Virus record (IMG/VR): IMGVR_UViG_3300016665_000348
Coordinates: 1 to 62,237 of that record
DNA length: 62,237 nt
DNA from: a virus
Lineage: Duplodnaviria; Caudoviricetes
Reading direction: 5' to 3' (one strand)
The notes under the pieces were generated by a model, which had not been told where the DNA came from, did no database searches, and worked only from the letters and a program-made list of their open reading frames with translations. Below, piece after piece: positions 10,862 to 20,791 of the stretch (the stretch's first letter is position 1; each line of letters begins with the position of its first letter). A program made the position numbers and the translations under genes.

Positions 10862-10876
10862 TGAGAGGGTAGCACT

Positions 10877-11164
10877 TTGAACAGATATGCAAGAACACCA
10901 GTTATAGGATTGGGGTATCGTTACGGCACTTCTTTTGCTGTCCCAGCGATCAGACAAAACATTCAAGCTGGAAACATTCGATATCAAGAGATTGTTCTTC
11001 AAGAGAGCAATCGGCTTGATATTCTTGCTGGGTTGTATTATGGAGACGGAAAGCTTTGGTGGTTGATCGCCGCAGCTTCCAACATAGGATGGGGTTTGCA
11101 AGTTCCTGTTGGGACCATTATTAGAATACCCGATTTAAGTGATTGTTCACGCTTTGTTGGGTGA
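10877..11164 (+). CDS. LysM / tail protein X-like baseplate protein
   Basis: RLDILAGLYYGDGKLWWLIAAASNI...VPVGTIIRIP is the LysM/gpX pattern. Confidence 0.8.
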   Translation: MNRYARTPVIGLGYRYGTSFAVPAIRQNIQAGNIRYQEIVLQESNRLDILAGLYYGDGKLWWLIAAASNIGWGLQVPVGTIIRIPDLSDCSRFVG

Positions 11165-11201
11165 TCTTTAACAAATTCCATGATGTTCAATAGGTAAAAA
11201 C

Positions 11202-14200
11202 ATGAGTTTTGCAGCAAACCATATTCAAACTTCCATACCACTTCAAGATGCAATAAAAATGTTGTCGAAGTATTACGGTCTTTACACGGTTAGAGATCTT
11301 TCGGGAAGAATCGCTCTTTCTCAAATCCAAGGTCAAGAAAGTGGAACGTCTTATGACTTACCACAACCTCCTGAATACATCACAAGAATGATTGAGTTGT
11401 TGATTGACACATCAACTGGCGGCTACACCAGTAATGATATTATTAATGGAATCAATAAAATGTTGGAAGTGGGGACTGCTGAACAAGGGAGTGAGAACTC
11501 TGGTCAAGAACTTGTTCAAGCCGTTAACAGGATTGTTAAGATAGCCTATGGCCCAGGAGACAACAACAACAACGCTTCTGTGCCTGAAAACGGTGGAGTT
11601 TTAAGGGGATCTGTCAACGGCCCTGAAGATTCTATCCAAAGAATCTTGGGTTCCACTGAGATTAACAATGTGCCTGCACAACCCAACAGATATTTGTCTC
11701 CTTCTCTTTCTGCGATCATGATGAACTCAGTAAGGGTGTTACCAATACATAAAAACATCAATGCTGTTACGATTTTTTTAAACGGTGTACCAAATGTTGA
11801 GATTGCAAGATCCCTTCCATACCTTGACATTCTTTTTCAGTTTAGCAGGCCACCCGTTGCAAGCAACAACCAGATCCAAGGTCCAGGGCTGATAAAGTTC
11901 TTGGATGGTGCTGAAGTGGCTCCTGATGGGACAAGAAGGTTGTTGTTGAATGCAAACCAGCTTTCTGGTTCAACTTCAGGAGGCAATACTCAAGAATTCA
12001 CAATCGCTGGGATGGAGCTTTTTACTGCGCCTCAAACGTTGGTCAATGGGAATGAAGATCGAAACCAAAAAGCTTTAGGCACGAACAGGCGTTCTTCTGC
12101 TGTTCTTGATAAGTTCAGACCGTTCATGACGTTTAAGAGTTTAAACATTGAAGTTGTGCCAACAACTGGTTTTATGTGCTATAAGACCGCCAAAATGGAT
12201 TTCGTTTTGCATGACCGTTCAAGAATCTCTGAGATTGCTGACTTTATCCGTCCAGATCTTTACAGCAACACAGAGATTCTTATTGAGTATGGTTGGAAGC
12301 ATCCAGATCCTCCATCAGCTAAGAACGCTTATGCCAATCTTATCAATGGAATGAGATGTCGAGAAAAATATGGCATTGTGAATGTGTCAATGACATTTGA
12401 CAATGCAGGACAGGTCAACATAACTCTTTCTCTTGCCATGAGAGGAGCTAATGACTTTCGCACAGAAACAATTTCTTCAGCCGAAACGGGTGCTGGAGAT
12501 ATTATTCGGCAAATAAGAGAGCTCTCAACACAAGTGGGAGAGTTGAGAAGAAGAGTGTTTCAAAACAACTCTCCTGGCACTCGTGAAGTTAGAGGTATTC
12601 AAATTTTGGATGCAGCGGGTGATGCAAACGGACAACTTCTTTTAACTCCCGAGTTACGAAGAGAGCTAAACACTTTTTCAGCACAGCTTCGTAGGAATCA
12701 AGGCAATCCAAATGCCCAGGCGCTTTTAAACACACTGAACACTCTTTATGGAGTTGGAAATCAAGACGGTCAAGTTAGAAGACTGAGAACAACCATTCAA
12801 AACAGTATTGCTGAGAAACTACAAAGAATCTCTCGTGGTGGTGTGGAAGTGTTTGCAGCACCACCAACACCAAATTACCCAGAAGGTGCTGCGGCAGGAC
12901 AACGTTATATTACTTATGCCGGGGAGACAAGAAGAGAAATAGAAGAGGCATCAAGAGTGCTTCGCACTTTCAACGTCAGACCTTCAGTGACTTTGGGTTC
13001 TTTGCTGCTTGCTTTTGTTGGTCAGCCATTAGCTGCTACTCACAAGTTTGACGACATTCAGTTGATATTCTATCCTTTTAACTCTTATGCTGGTTTTGCA
13101 CGAACTTTGAACATAGCCAACTTCCAAGTTGACACAAGATATTTTTTGCGAGAGTACACCAGATATAGAATGGAGAACATCTCTCGTGCGGCCGACATGT
13201 CTTTGCAAGACTTTTTGAACTTCATTTCAAGAACAATCGTTGAAGATCCTGCTGCTCCTTCTTATGGTCTGCGAGATCCTTCGGGTTCTCACAGGCCGTT
13301 TTGGAGAACGCCAAGGGAGAACACTTCATCGGGTGCGGCGGAATCAACGGCCGAAGACTCACTGGCTCTTCAAACAAGGTTAGAAAGTTTGTTAAGAAGT
13401 CCGAACGGAACTCCTGATGGCTCGTTTAGATTGCCTCAGTTGGATTACTATATTGAATGTGTGCCAAGATCTACAAGTGTTCTTGCTGATGGACAAACAA
13501 GAGAAGGCGCTTTGGCAATGTCCATTTTGAGAATTCACATTTTTGATCGCAACACAACTTCTTATGACACTCAAGCAGCTTTGCTTGAGGCAAACAGAGA
13601 AGAAGAGTTGCGATCATTGGCTCATGTGTCAACTGGCACTGGAGGCAATCCAGGTGTTAGAGAGTCTCATGCTGAAGCTGCTAGAAGCATGATCGAAGCG
13701 GCAAGAAACGCTCAGTTGATAACAAGAATTCCAAACTCAGAACCACCAATGTATCGAATCAATGGTGGGCCTGCTAGGCTGCGTGAGTTCATGATGAAAA
13801 CAAGCCCATACATCATTGTGGGAGCCCAAGGAACAACAGTGAAAGATGCTTCGTTGTCAACACAGCAGAATCCACAGTTGTCTACTGTGAACTTGTTGCG
13901 ATCATTTCATACAGATCCACTGTTGCCAAACGGAGAAAGCCCTGGTGGATTGCCGCTCCAAGTAATCCCTTGTGAGCTATCTGTAGCATGTCTAGGATGT
14001 CCATTGCTAGAGTTTGGAACGAAGTTTTTTGTTGATTTTGCGACAGGAACTACAATAGACAACTATTACTATGTAACTGGTTTGTCACACAAGTTTGAGC
14101 AAGGCAGCTTCACAACGGATGTAAGGTTTTCACCTTATGATGGATGGGGCAAGTATCGTTCTCTTATTGAAACTGTTCGCAATGCTCAAACGGTTCTTAA

Positions 14201-14273
14201 CGACATTCAGAACAATGCAGACAACACTCCTGGTAGAGAGACACAAAGCCAACAACAAAGATCATCGATTTAA
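11202..14273 (+). CDS. Putative baseplate hub protein (gp27/gpD-like)
   Basis: 1023 aa. IEYGW motif and C-terminal 'GCPLLEFG...YYYVTGLSHKFEQGSFTT' are characteristic of hub proteins; tail context. Confidence 0.6.
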   Translation: MSFAANHIQTSIPLQDAIKMLSKYYGLYTVRDLSGRIALSQIQGQESGTSYDLPQPPEYITRMIELLIDTSTGGYTSNDIINGINKMLEVGTAEQGSENSGQELVQAVNRIVKIAYGPGDNNNNASVPENGGVLRGSVNGPEDSIQRILGSTEINNVPAQPNRYLSPSLSAIMMNSVRVLPIHKNINAVTIFLNGVPNVEIARSLPYLDILFQFSRPPVASNNQIQGPGLIKFLDGAEVAPDGTRRLLLNANQLSGSTSGGNTQEFTIAGMELFTAPQTLVNGNEDRNQKALGTNRRSSAVLDKFRPFMTFKSLNIEVVPTTGFMCYKTAKMDFVLHDRSRISEIADFIRPDLYSNTEILIEYGWKHPDPPSAKNAYANLINGMRCREKYGIVNVSMTFDNAGQVNITLSLAMRGANDFRTETISSAETGAGDIIRQIRELSTQVGELRRRVFQNNSPGTREVRGIQILDAAGDANGQLLLTPELRRELNTFSAQLRRNQGNPNAQALLNTLNTLYGVGNQDGQVRRLRTTIQNSIAEKLQRISRGGVEVFAAPPTPNYPEGAAAGQRYITYAGETRREIEEASRVLRTFNVRPSVTLGSLLLAFVGQPLAATHKFDDIQLIFYPFNSYAGFARTLNIANFQVDTRYFLREYTRYRMENISRAADMSLQDFLNFISRTIVEDPAAPSYGLRDPSGSHRPFWRTPRENTSSGAAESTAEDSLALQTRLESLLRSPNGTPDGSFRLPQLDYYIECVPRSTSVLADGQTREGALAMSILRIHIFDRNTTSYDTQAALLEANREEELRSLAHVSTGTGGNPGVRESHAEAARSMIEAARNAQLITRIPNSEPPMYRINGGPARLREFMMKTSPYIIVGAQGTTVKDASLSTQQNPQLSTVNLLRSFHTDPLLPNGESPGGLPLQVIPCELSVACLGCPLLEFGTKFFVDFATGTTIDNYYYVTGLSHKFEQGSFTTDVRFSPYDGWGKYRSLIETVRNAQTVLNDIQNNADNTPGRETQSQQQRSSI

Positions 14274-14632
14274 ATCTGCTCATATCCCAGATACTTTGAG
14301 ATCTGGGTGATGAAACTGAGCGGATACTCCACTACCACTCCGTCCTTGCGCAGAAACTTTCCCCAATCCCAAAACCGATGAATTTCCGGGTTGATCGTGG
14401 CATCATTCCAATAATCCCATTCATCGAGAATAGGAATGTTTGCATATGTCACCTTCGAGGGATCAAAAGCCTCCCTGCGCCTATCTTGCCTTTCAAGAAA
14501 CACGCCTTCAAATTCACCAGTGAATCCCGAAGACCACTCAATCATCTTGCCGCGATTCGTCTTGATGAATCGCCCAGGATAACTGATCGAAAAACGGTAA
14601 CGACTACCTGGGGTAAGCTGAGAAATATCCAT
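14270..14632 (-). CDS. Hypothetical protein
   Basis: Start placed at ATG 14632 (MDISQLTPG), 7 nt downstream of TTGACT-N16-TAAGAT. Confidence 0.6.
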   Translation of the reverse strand: MDISQLTPGSRYRFSISYPGRFIKTNRGKMIEWSSGFTGEFEGVFLERQDRRREAFDPSKVTYANIPILDEWDYWNDATINPEIHRFWDWGKFLRKDGVVVEYPLSFITQISKYLGYEQI

Positions 14633-14689
14633 GAAGAACATCTTACCTTGTTGGTCACAAAAGTCAAGCGAAAATGTTAAAAACATGAC

Positions 14690-15928
14690 ATGGCAATTTA
14701 TATTGACAAAAATATCCTTGGTTTCAAACAGCATTTAATAGTGACAGGCGAAAAAGAGATATTCAGAACTGAAAGTTTGCCATCCGAAGAACTTCTTGTG
14801 TACGGGAAGCCAGATCTCCCAGAGATAGCAAGAGTCTACAACTGTCAACTCCCACGCTTCCCAGAAGGGCCGCACGCAAAAGCCATGGAAGGCGTTTTAA
14901 AGGGCGTAGATGGAGTGGTTGTACCCTGGAGTCAAGCCATGCCTCCAAAGGCTTTTAAAAGCTCTATAGAGCGTTTGGCGCATGAGTTGTGGCATGGCTT
15001 CTCGGATCTGAACCTTGACTACTATAGAAACTATTACAGCAAAACTCTTCCTTTGTTAGAAATGATGCAGCCAGCCAAGATAAACCCAATGGCTTGGATG
15101 CTTCATAAACGCAGTCCAGATCTTGTGACGCCACATGTTTTTGCAGGATTTGAAGCTAACTCTCTTGGTTATGCAAGAAAAATACATTACTCCAAGTCTC
15201 TAACGAAGACAGGAAGACTCAAGGTAGTTGAAGGGCCAAATATCCTTCTTTTGCCAAAGGTTCAAAGAAACATTATTGCTTCTCGTTTTGGCATCAATGG
15301 GAAACTGGTCCAGTTGGACTTTAGAGCACTTGAACCAAGAGTAGTATTCTCTCTTTCCTCCCCCCTCCCTGGTAGTGTTCCACTTATCAGGAAACTCGGT
15401 GATGACATATACCAAGAAGTTCTGACAAACCTTGGAATAACAGATGTTAAACGAGAACAGGTAAAAGAAGTTATTCTTGGTCAGCTTTACGGCTTAAGCC
15501 ATGAGAAGATCATTGAAAAACTTCCAGATATCAAAGACAAAGAGGGATTTGTAGAAGCAGTAAATGACTTTTTTGGTCTTTCATTGATTCGCCAGCAACT
15601 TTTGGAGGAGTACGAAGCCAATGATCGCAAGTTTATTTCTAGTTTCTATGGCCGCCCTTTGGACACAACGGATGCCAAGCCTTATATGCTTTTAAACTAT
15701 TTTGCTCAAAGCACCGCAGTTGATGTAGCTCTGTTTGGTTTTATGAACATTGTTGAATTTATTAAAAACAACGAACTAATAGTCCCTGTTTTTATCATTC
15801 ATGACGCTTTGGTGCTTGATGTTCATAACAGTGCAATGCATCTGTTGCCTGAATTGCAAAAAATAGGTTCAACCAACATTCCAAAGTTAAACTCTGTTGT
15901 TTTCCCAATAAGTTCTTCTCGTTTTTAG
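14690..15928 (+). CDS. Family A DNA polymerase-like protein (polymerase core only)
   Basis: TKTGRL, motif A QLDFRALEPR, motif B REQVKEVILGQLYG, NYFAQSTAVD and motif C IIHDALVLD. Confidence 0.8.
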   Translation: MAIYIDKNILGFKQHLIVTGEKEIFRTESLPSEELLVYGKPDLPEIARVYNCQLPRFPEGPHAKAMEGVLKGVDGVVVPWSQAMPPKAFKSSIERLAHELWHGFSDLNLDYYRNYYSKTLPLLEMMQPAKINPMAWMLHKRSPDLVTPHVFAGFEANSLGYARKIHYSKSLTKTGRLKVVEGPNILLLPKVQRNIIASRFGINGKLVQLDFRALEPRVVFSLSSPLPGSVPLIRKLGDDIYQEVLTNLGITDVKREQVKEVILGQLYGLSHEKIIEKLPDIKDKEGFVEAVNDFFGLSLIRQQLLEEYEANDRKFISSFYGRPLDTTDAKPYMLLNYFAQSTAVDVALFGFMNIVEFIKNNELIVPVFIIHDALVLDVHNSAMHLLPELQKIGSTNIPKLNSVVFPISSSRF

Positions 15929-15964
15929 TTTATTTCTTTAATCCCAGAAGATAGCATCTTCTAT

Positions 15965-16582
15965 ATGAAAGAAATCAATCAAGAACTACAGGAAGCAATT
16001 TCCAACATCAACACCTTTAAACAGCTTATATCGACTAAAGCTGATCAGGAACGCAAAAACTCATTATTGAGTTTGGTTTCTTCTTTAGAGGAAACTTTGA
16101 TCCTCGCTCCTGCATCAACAAGGACTGATTATCTTGGAGCCTACCCAGGAGGACTTGTGAAACACTCATTGAATGTTCTGAAATTCATGAGCACCCTTAA
16201 TCAAGCCTATGGCTCTCAGTTGCCATCCGAATCTCTCATTGTAACAGGTCTTTTTCACGACATTGGGAAATGTGGTGATGAAACCGGGCTTTACTATCTG
16301 CCAAAGAATTCCGAATGGCACAACAAGCAAGGGATCATGTATGAAATAAATCCTGCCATGATTGACATTCCCGTTTCTTTGCGTTCGTTATTCATCTTGC
16401 AAAGACATGGCATAAAACTATCGCGTGATGAACACTATGCCATCTCAAGCATCAAAGATAGAGTTCGGAGTACAGATAACAACCTCGTAGTTCACAACGA
16501 GCCAATGTTGGCTATTGTTCTACAGCAGGCAATCCGAGTGGCTCTCACAGGCCACACAAACAAACCAAGCACTGCCCGCTAA
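15965..16582 (+). CDS. HD-domain protein (possibly degenerate)
   Basis: APAS...GGLVKHSLNV...LFHDIGK; the distal H/D ligands are not evident. Confidence 0.75.
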   Translation: MKEINQELQEAISNINTFKQLISTKADQERKNSLLSLVSSLEETLILAPASTRTDYLGAYPGGLVKHSLNVLKFMSTLNQAYGSQLPSESLIVTGLFHDIGKCGDETGLYYLPKNSEWHNKQGIMYEINPAMIDIPVSLRSLFILQRHGIKLSRDEHYAISSIKDRVRSTDNNLVVHNEPMLAIVLQQAIRVALTGHTNKPSTAR

Positions 16583-16734
16583 ATACCTGAAAATACTACG
16601 GAATTTAGTCTGGGAAAACGACAGAGGACTAATACAGAAAGACACAGATCAACCATACTTAAGGAGATAGCAATAACGCTATCACAATTACTAAATCTAA
16701 CCTAAACCACAACTAAAACCACAAAGAAAAAACC

Positions 16735-17565
16735 ATGGCATATAACATTAAAAGACTAATTGAAACCTATCAAGTAATGACTGGCGAACGCAAAGCAACT
16801 ACAAAGGCTGGTCCTGGCTACAAGCAATGGAAACCATCTTTGACAGAGGATGGCAAGACCAAAGTTTACAACATCAGATTTCTTCCATATCAAGATCAGA
16901 ACGAGCAACCCTTTCAAGAGGTTGCTTTTTATGATGACAAGGCTTTTACGCAATGGAGATTGGTGGCACCAGCGCAGTTTGGTTTGCAAGATCCTGTTGC
17001 CGAGCTTGTAACAGAGCTTAGAAAAGACCGCAAGAACAGTAGTGCTTGGAAGGTTATCAAACCGCTTTTGCCAAAACCAAGATTTTTTGCACCCATCTTG
17101 GTTCGTGAGGAAGAAAAAGAAGGCGTTCAGATTTGGGAGCTTTCTCCAACTATGTGCAAGGAGCTTTTCAGCATCTTTGTATCAGAAGATTACCGTGATG
17201 AGGATGTGACCGATCCAAACTCTGGTCATGACTTTCAAATCACTGTCAGTGCTTCTGGTAAAACCTTTACTCCTCCTGGGTCGAACAAGTCGTACCCCGT
17301 GAACGATGTAAAGCCTCTGATCAGAGCAAAGAAGACCAAGCTTCTTGCAAATGCTGAGGAAGCACAGAAGTTGATTGATTCGATTCCGAATCTGGTTCAG
17401 ATCTTTAAGAGCCAATGCAAGTCCAGTTCCGAACTTGAAACATTGCTTGAGAACTATCTTGCACAGCCTACAAGTTCTGGGCAACCTGTTGAAGATAAAG
17501 AGGAAAAGCCAGAAGAGCCTTCTGACACAGCAGATAGCATTGCGGCTCAATTTGCGGGACTCTGA
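16735..17565 (+). CDS. Single-stranded DNA-binding protein (T4 gp32-like)
   Basis: IRFLP...PF...DP...PILVR...GVQIW...DVTDP..GHDF pattern; acidic C-terminal tail; adjacent to recA. Confidence 0.75.
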   Translation: MAYNIKRLIETYQVMTGERKATTKAGPGYKQWKPSLTEDGKTKVYNIRFLPYQDQNEQPFQEVAFYDDKAFTQWRLVAPAQFGLQDPVAELVTELRKDRKNSSAWKVIKPLLPKPRFFAPILVREEEKEGVQIWELSPTMCKELFSIFVSEDYRDEDVTDPNSGHDFQITVSASGKTFTPPGSNKSYPVNDVKPLIRAKKTKLLANAEEAQKLIDSIPNLVQIFKSQCKSSSELETLLENYLAQPTSSGQPVEDKEEKPEEPSDTADSIAAQFAGL

Positions 17566-17587
17566 TCATTAGATCATAACAAGCAAG

Positions 17588-17622
17588 AAACCCCCACCAT
17601 GAAAATGGCTTGGGGGTTTTTT
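17588..17622 (+). terminator. Rho-independent terminator after ssb
   Basis: AAACCCCC-A-CCAT-GAAA-ATGG-CTT-GGGGG followed by a T-tract. Confidence 0.8.
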
Positions 17623-17699
17623 CATTATAGTGCTTAAAACAAAGGTAATTCATCTATTCTAAGAATCAACAAACTAAACAAACCCAATCAGAGAAAACT

Positions 17700-18920
17700 A
17701 TGCCACCAAAGAAAAAAGAACAAATCACCCAATATATCTCAACTCCAAAAGACAACTCGGAAGATTTTTCTGCTGATCTAATCAAGCAGTTAAACAAGGA
17801 AGCAAATGACAAGATTGCTTTCAATCTTGGAGACGACGATGCTCCTACGAATGTGAAAAGGTGGGTTTCCACTGGTTCAAAACTGTTAGATTATGCGATC
17901 TCAAACCGACGTGGCGGTGGTTTTCCTGAAGGAAGGATCATTGAAATTCAAGGCCCTCCTTCCTCGGGCAAGTCGCACCTTGCTTTTGAAGCAGCCCGCT
18001 CTACCCAGCAAATGGGTGGAATTGTTGTTTACATTGACACTGAAAACGCAACAAGCCCTGAAAACCTAAGAGATTTGGGAATCAATGTTCACAAAAACTT
18101 TGTTTTCATTCAGACAAACTGCACAGAAGATGTTTTGAAGTATGCCGAGATGGCGATTTTGAAATCTAGATCATTGAACAAGGATGTTCCTATGACAATC
18201 ATCTGGGATTCTGTTGCTGCTTGTTCGCCAAAGGCAGAGTTGGAAGGCGAATACGAGGACAACTCAATTGGTTTGCAAGCTCGTGTTTTGTCGAAGGGAA
18301 TGAGAAAGATCAGTAATATCATTGCTAATCAAAAAGTTCTCTTTCTTTTGATCAATCAGCAAAGAATGAAGATTGGTGTGATGTATGGAGATCCAACAAC
18401 CACGCCTGGAGGAAATGCTATTCCTTATGCTTGTTCTGTAAGACTTCGTGTGATGACACCTACTCCAATCAAAGGAGAGAAGGATCGAATCATTGGAGTT
18501 AATGTAGAGGTTAAGGTCATCAAAAACAAAGTGGCAAAGCCATTCCGTTCTGCTGAACTTTCTATTCTTTTTGGCCACGGAGTAAATGATGATGAGTCAT
18601 TGTTTGATACGTTGCGTGCTCATTTTGACGCAAAAGGGCCAACCATCTCTAATGGAAAAAGACTCTCGATATCTGGCGGTGGAAGCTGGAAGTATTTTAC
18701 AGTAGCCGATGACGCAACAGGAGAAGTCTTGCACGAAGTAAACTTCTACAAGCAAGAATTCAGAGAAAAAATTCTCAACGTCCCAGAGTATCAGCCTTAT
18801 ATCAATGAACTGTTGGATGCTGCTTTGATCATTAAATCTAATGAGAACAGCCATCCAACTCTAAAGGGTGTCGATACAAATTCATATGAAGAAATGAAAA
18901 AACAGGAAAATGATGAGTGA
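17700..18920 (+). CDS. recA: RecA/UvsX recombinase
   Basis: STGSKLLD, Walker A GPPSSGKS, YIDTE, WDSVAA, INQQR, TTPGGNA, KNKVAKPF. Confidence 0.95.
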   Translation: MPPKKKEQITQYISTPKDNSEDFSADLIKQLNKEANDKIAFNLGDDDAPTNVKRWVSTGSKLLDYAISNRRGGGFPEGRIIEIQGPPSSGKSHLAFEAARSTQQMGGIVVYIDTENATSPENLRDLGINVHKNFVFIQTNCTEDVLKYAEMAILKSRSLNKDVPMTIIWDSVAACSPKAELEGEYEDNSIGLQARVLSKGMRKISNIIANQKVLFLLINQQRMKIGVMYGDPTTTPGGNAIPYACSVRLRVMTPTPIKGEKDRIIGVNVEVKVIKNKVAKPFRSAELSILFGHGVNDDESLFDTLRAHFDAKGPTISNGKRLSISGGGSWKYFTVADDATGEVLHEVNFYKQEFREKILNVPEYQPYINELLDAALIIKSNENSHPTLKGVDTNSYEEMKKQENDE

Positions 18921-18950
18921 ACACATTGCTCCTGAAAGGATTAAAAACCA

Positions 18951-19403
18951 ATGAGTATATCAATCAAGTTTAAGAAGCTCACACCTGAAGCCAAACTACC
19001 AACAAAAGGAAGACCGGGAGATGCTGCCTATGATCTCTATTGTGTTAGTGAGGTTTTTTTGTATCCAAACCAGACGGTAAAAGTAGGAACTGGACTTGCA
19101 TTGGCAGATATGCCATTGGAAGACGGTCCTGATCTTCTATTCCTTCAAATTGAAGGCAGATCGGGTGTTGCGCTTAACGGAATATACCCTTTGGGTGGGA
19201 TTATTGATGCAACTTATCGTGGCGAGATTATGGTGATTTTGCAAATGAGTGGCGAAGGTTCTGGTGGACAAAGGTTCAAACCGGGTGACAGGATTGCCCA
19301 GATGATAGTTCGTAGAACGCCCAAGGATGTTCTGATTGAAGAAGCAGAAGATGTTACTGAGACATCTCGTGGAGCAGCAGGCTTCGGCTCCACAGGCGCT
19401 TGA
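18951..19403 (+). CDS. dut: dUTPase (trimeric type)
   Basis: AAYDL, GRSG, GIIDATYRGE, RIAQ, RGAAGFGSTG. Confidence 0.95.
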   Translation: MSISIKFKKLTPEAKLPTKGRPGDAAYDLYCVSEVFLYPNQTVKVGTGLALADMPLEDGPDLLFLQIEGRSGVALNGIYPLGGIIDATYRGEIMVILQMSGEGSGGQRFKPGDRIAQMIVRRTPKDVLIEEAEDVTETSRGAAGFGSTGA

Positions 19404-19406
19404 TGG

Positions 19407-19444
19407 AGTTGGCTTGAGGAAACAACCTCAAGCCAACTTTTTTC
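19407..19444 (+). terminator. Terminator hairpin between convergent genes
   Basis: 13-bp perfect stem AGTTGGCTTGAGG-AAACAA-CCTCAAGCCAACT followed by a T-run. Confidence 0.8.
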
Positions 19445-19688
19445 TATATGACTTCCAAGTTTGATAATACTCTTTGAGTTCATCCGAACTCAAGTTCAAC
19501 ATAACAGCTACGTTTTCATCAGTTACAGCTTCGAGTGCTTTTTTAGCCACCAAGGTTGTTGCGCCATTAACAACACAAGGCATTCCCATGCTTTTATGAT
19601 TGACGGGGTTATATAGAACAATCCATTTGGTGTTGGTGAATGGGTTGTTTAAAACAGTAACTTTTGTTTGTCGATAGTTATTTTTCAT
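19428..19688 (-). CDS. Hypothetical protein
   Basis: 86-aa ORF in a minus-strand operon behind the kinase gene. Confidence 0.6.
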   Translation of the reverse strand: MKNNYRQTKVTVLNNPFTNTKWIVLYNPVNHKSMGMPCVVNGATTLVAKKALEAVTDENVAVMLNLSSDELKEYYQTWKSYRKKLA

Positions 19689-19689
19689 T

Positions 19690-19821
19690 TTACCACTCGC
19701 AAGATATCATTCCACGCAAAACTCTACCGTTTTTGACGTAAATAAATCCTTTGGTTTCAGTATGGATAACAGTGATTTTGCAAATAACGCAATCTCCTGT
19801 TGGTGGACAGTGTGCTTTCAT
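19690..19821 (-). CDS. Small Cys-containing hypothetical protein (43 aa)
   Basis: Manual translation MKAHCPPTGDCVICKITVIHTETKGFIYVKNGRVLRGMISCEW; AGGAGA Shine-Dalgarno; fills the gap. Confidence 0.55.
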   Translation of the reverse strand: MKAHCPPTGDCVICKITVIHTETKGFIYVKNGRVLRGMISCEW

Positions 19822-19829
19822 GTTTCTCC

Positions 19830-20723
19830 TCAGAATGGAATGTCATCTGGCTGTGTTGTTTTGTTTATTGTTTGTGGTGGTGTAACGGTTGTTGTTTTTG
19901 GGATTGATCTTACAACTTTGTTTCCATATTTGTCATATTCTTGATGATCGTCGTAGTTGTCGTCCATATCTTGCATGTGTTGCTGCATGTGTTGCTGATA
20001 TGGTGTCGGGTTGTATTGAGAGTATGCTTTTTTACCAAAACCATAGTCCACGATCACAACTCTTCCATCAGGTGCTTTTCCTAGTTGTTCTGGCCTTCCA
20101 AGATCAGAGCCATTTGTTTCAAGGTATGGTATTGCCAAGCATATGTCAGAAAAAGCCCGTGTGAAGTTTAGCATTTTTTTATGTTGCTCTACTCTCTCTA
20201 GCGCCTTTTTGTCTTTAAAGTTTTTCCTTTCGCTTCTACTTGCAATATCCGTCAGATAAGCAATAAGTTTTTCAATGTGGTTTTGAATTTCTTCCAATGT
20301 TGTTGCATGAAAACAAAAACCACGAAAAAGCATTTCGGCTTTATCAGGTGAAAGTCCTAGTTCTTGTTCGAACTCTTCCTCAGATGAAAAAACCCTTACT
20401 TTTTCCATCACAATCCATTCATAATTTGGATGGTGAGGTTCTTTGATGGCTGCAAGCACGTTTTGAACGTTTTTCGGTACTTGGTGATAGAGTTCATACT
20501 CTGTTTGATTCTGAGTGAATCCTTTCTCATCCAACCCTGCCTTTAAAACCAAGTTGTTAGACAGCTCATAAACAGCCCTGCTGCTTCCGTAACCCACAGA
20601 ATTTAAAGTCTTTTCCAAATACTGAATGCGTTGGTTTGTACCAACATACTTTTTCAACTCCTCGAAAGAGAAAACCTCGATTTCTTCTAACAGGAAATCA
20701 AAAAACTTAGTCAAGCTTTTCAT
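19830..20723 (-). CDS. Minimal protein-kinase-like protein with C-terminal DDIPF tail
   Basis: GYGSSRAVY Gly-loop, VLK, NQTE, WIVMEK, SDLGRPEQLG, VVIVDYGF; leader MKSLTKFFDFLLEE. Confidence 0.75.
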   Translation of the reverse strand: MKSLTKFFDFLLEEIEVFSFEELKKYVGTNQRIQYLEKTLNSVGYGSSRAVYELSNNLVLKAGLDEKGFTQNQTEYELYHQVPKNVQNVLAAIKEPHHPNYEWIVMEKVRVFSSEEEFEQELGLSPDKAEMLFRGFCFHATTLEEIQNHIEKLIAYLTDIASRSERKNFKDKKALERVEQHKKMLNFTRAFSDICLAIPYLETNGSDLGRPEQLGKAPDGRVVIVDYGFGKKAYSQYNPTPYQQHMQQHMQDMDDNYDDHQEYDKYGNKVVRSIPKTTTVTPPQTINKTTQPDDIPF

Positions 20724-20791
20724 TCTGCTAAATAGGTTTTGTTCATTTGAAACTATGAACATGATATACTCGGTGAAAGGTAAAACTAACA

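Noticed and set aside
2797-14273. Bacterial contractile injection system or prophage tail locus
   Set aside because: The surrounding replication, nucleotide and accessory genes are phage-like; no integrase or host housekeeping operons are seen.
16583-16734. tRNA in intergenic gaps (also checked 54831-54969 and 58101-58233)
   Set aside because: No cloverleaf or GTTCRA T-loop pattern seen.
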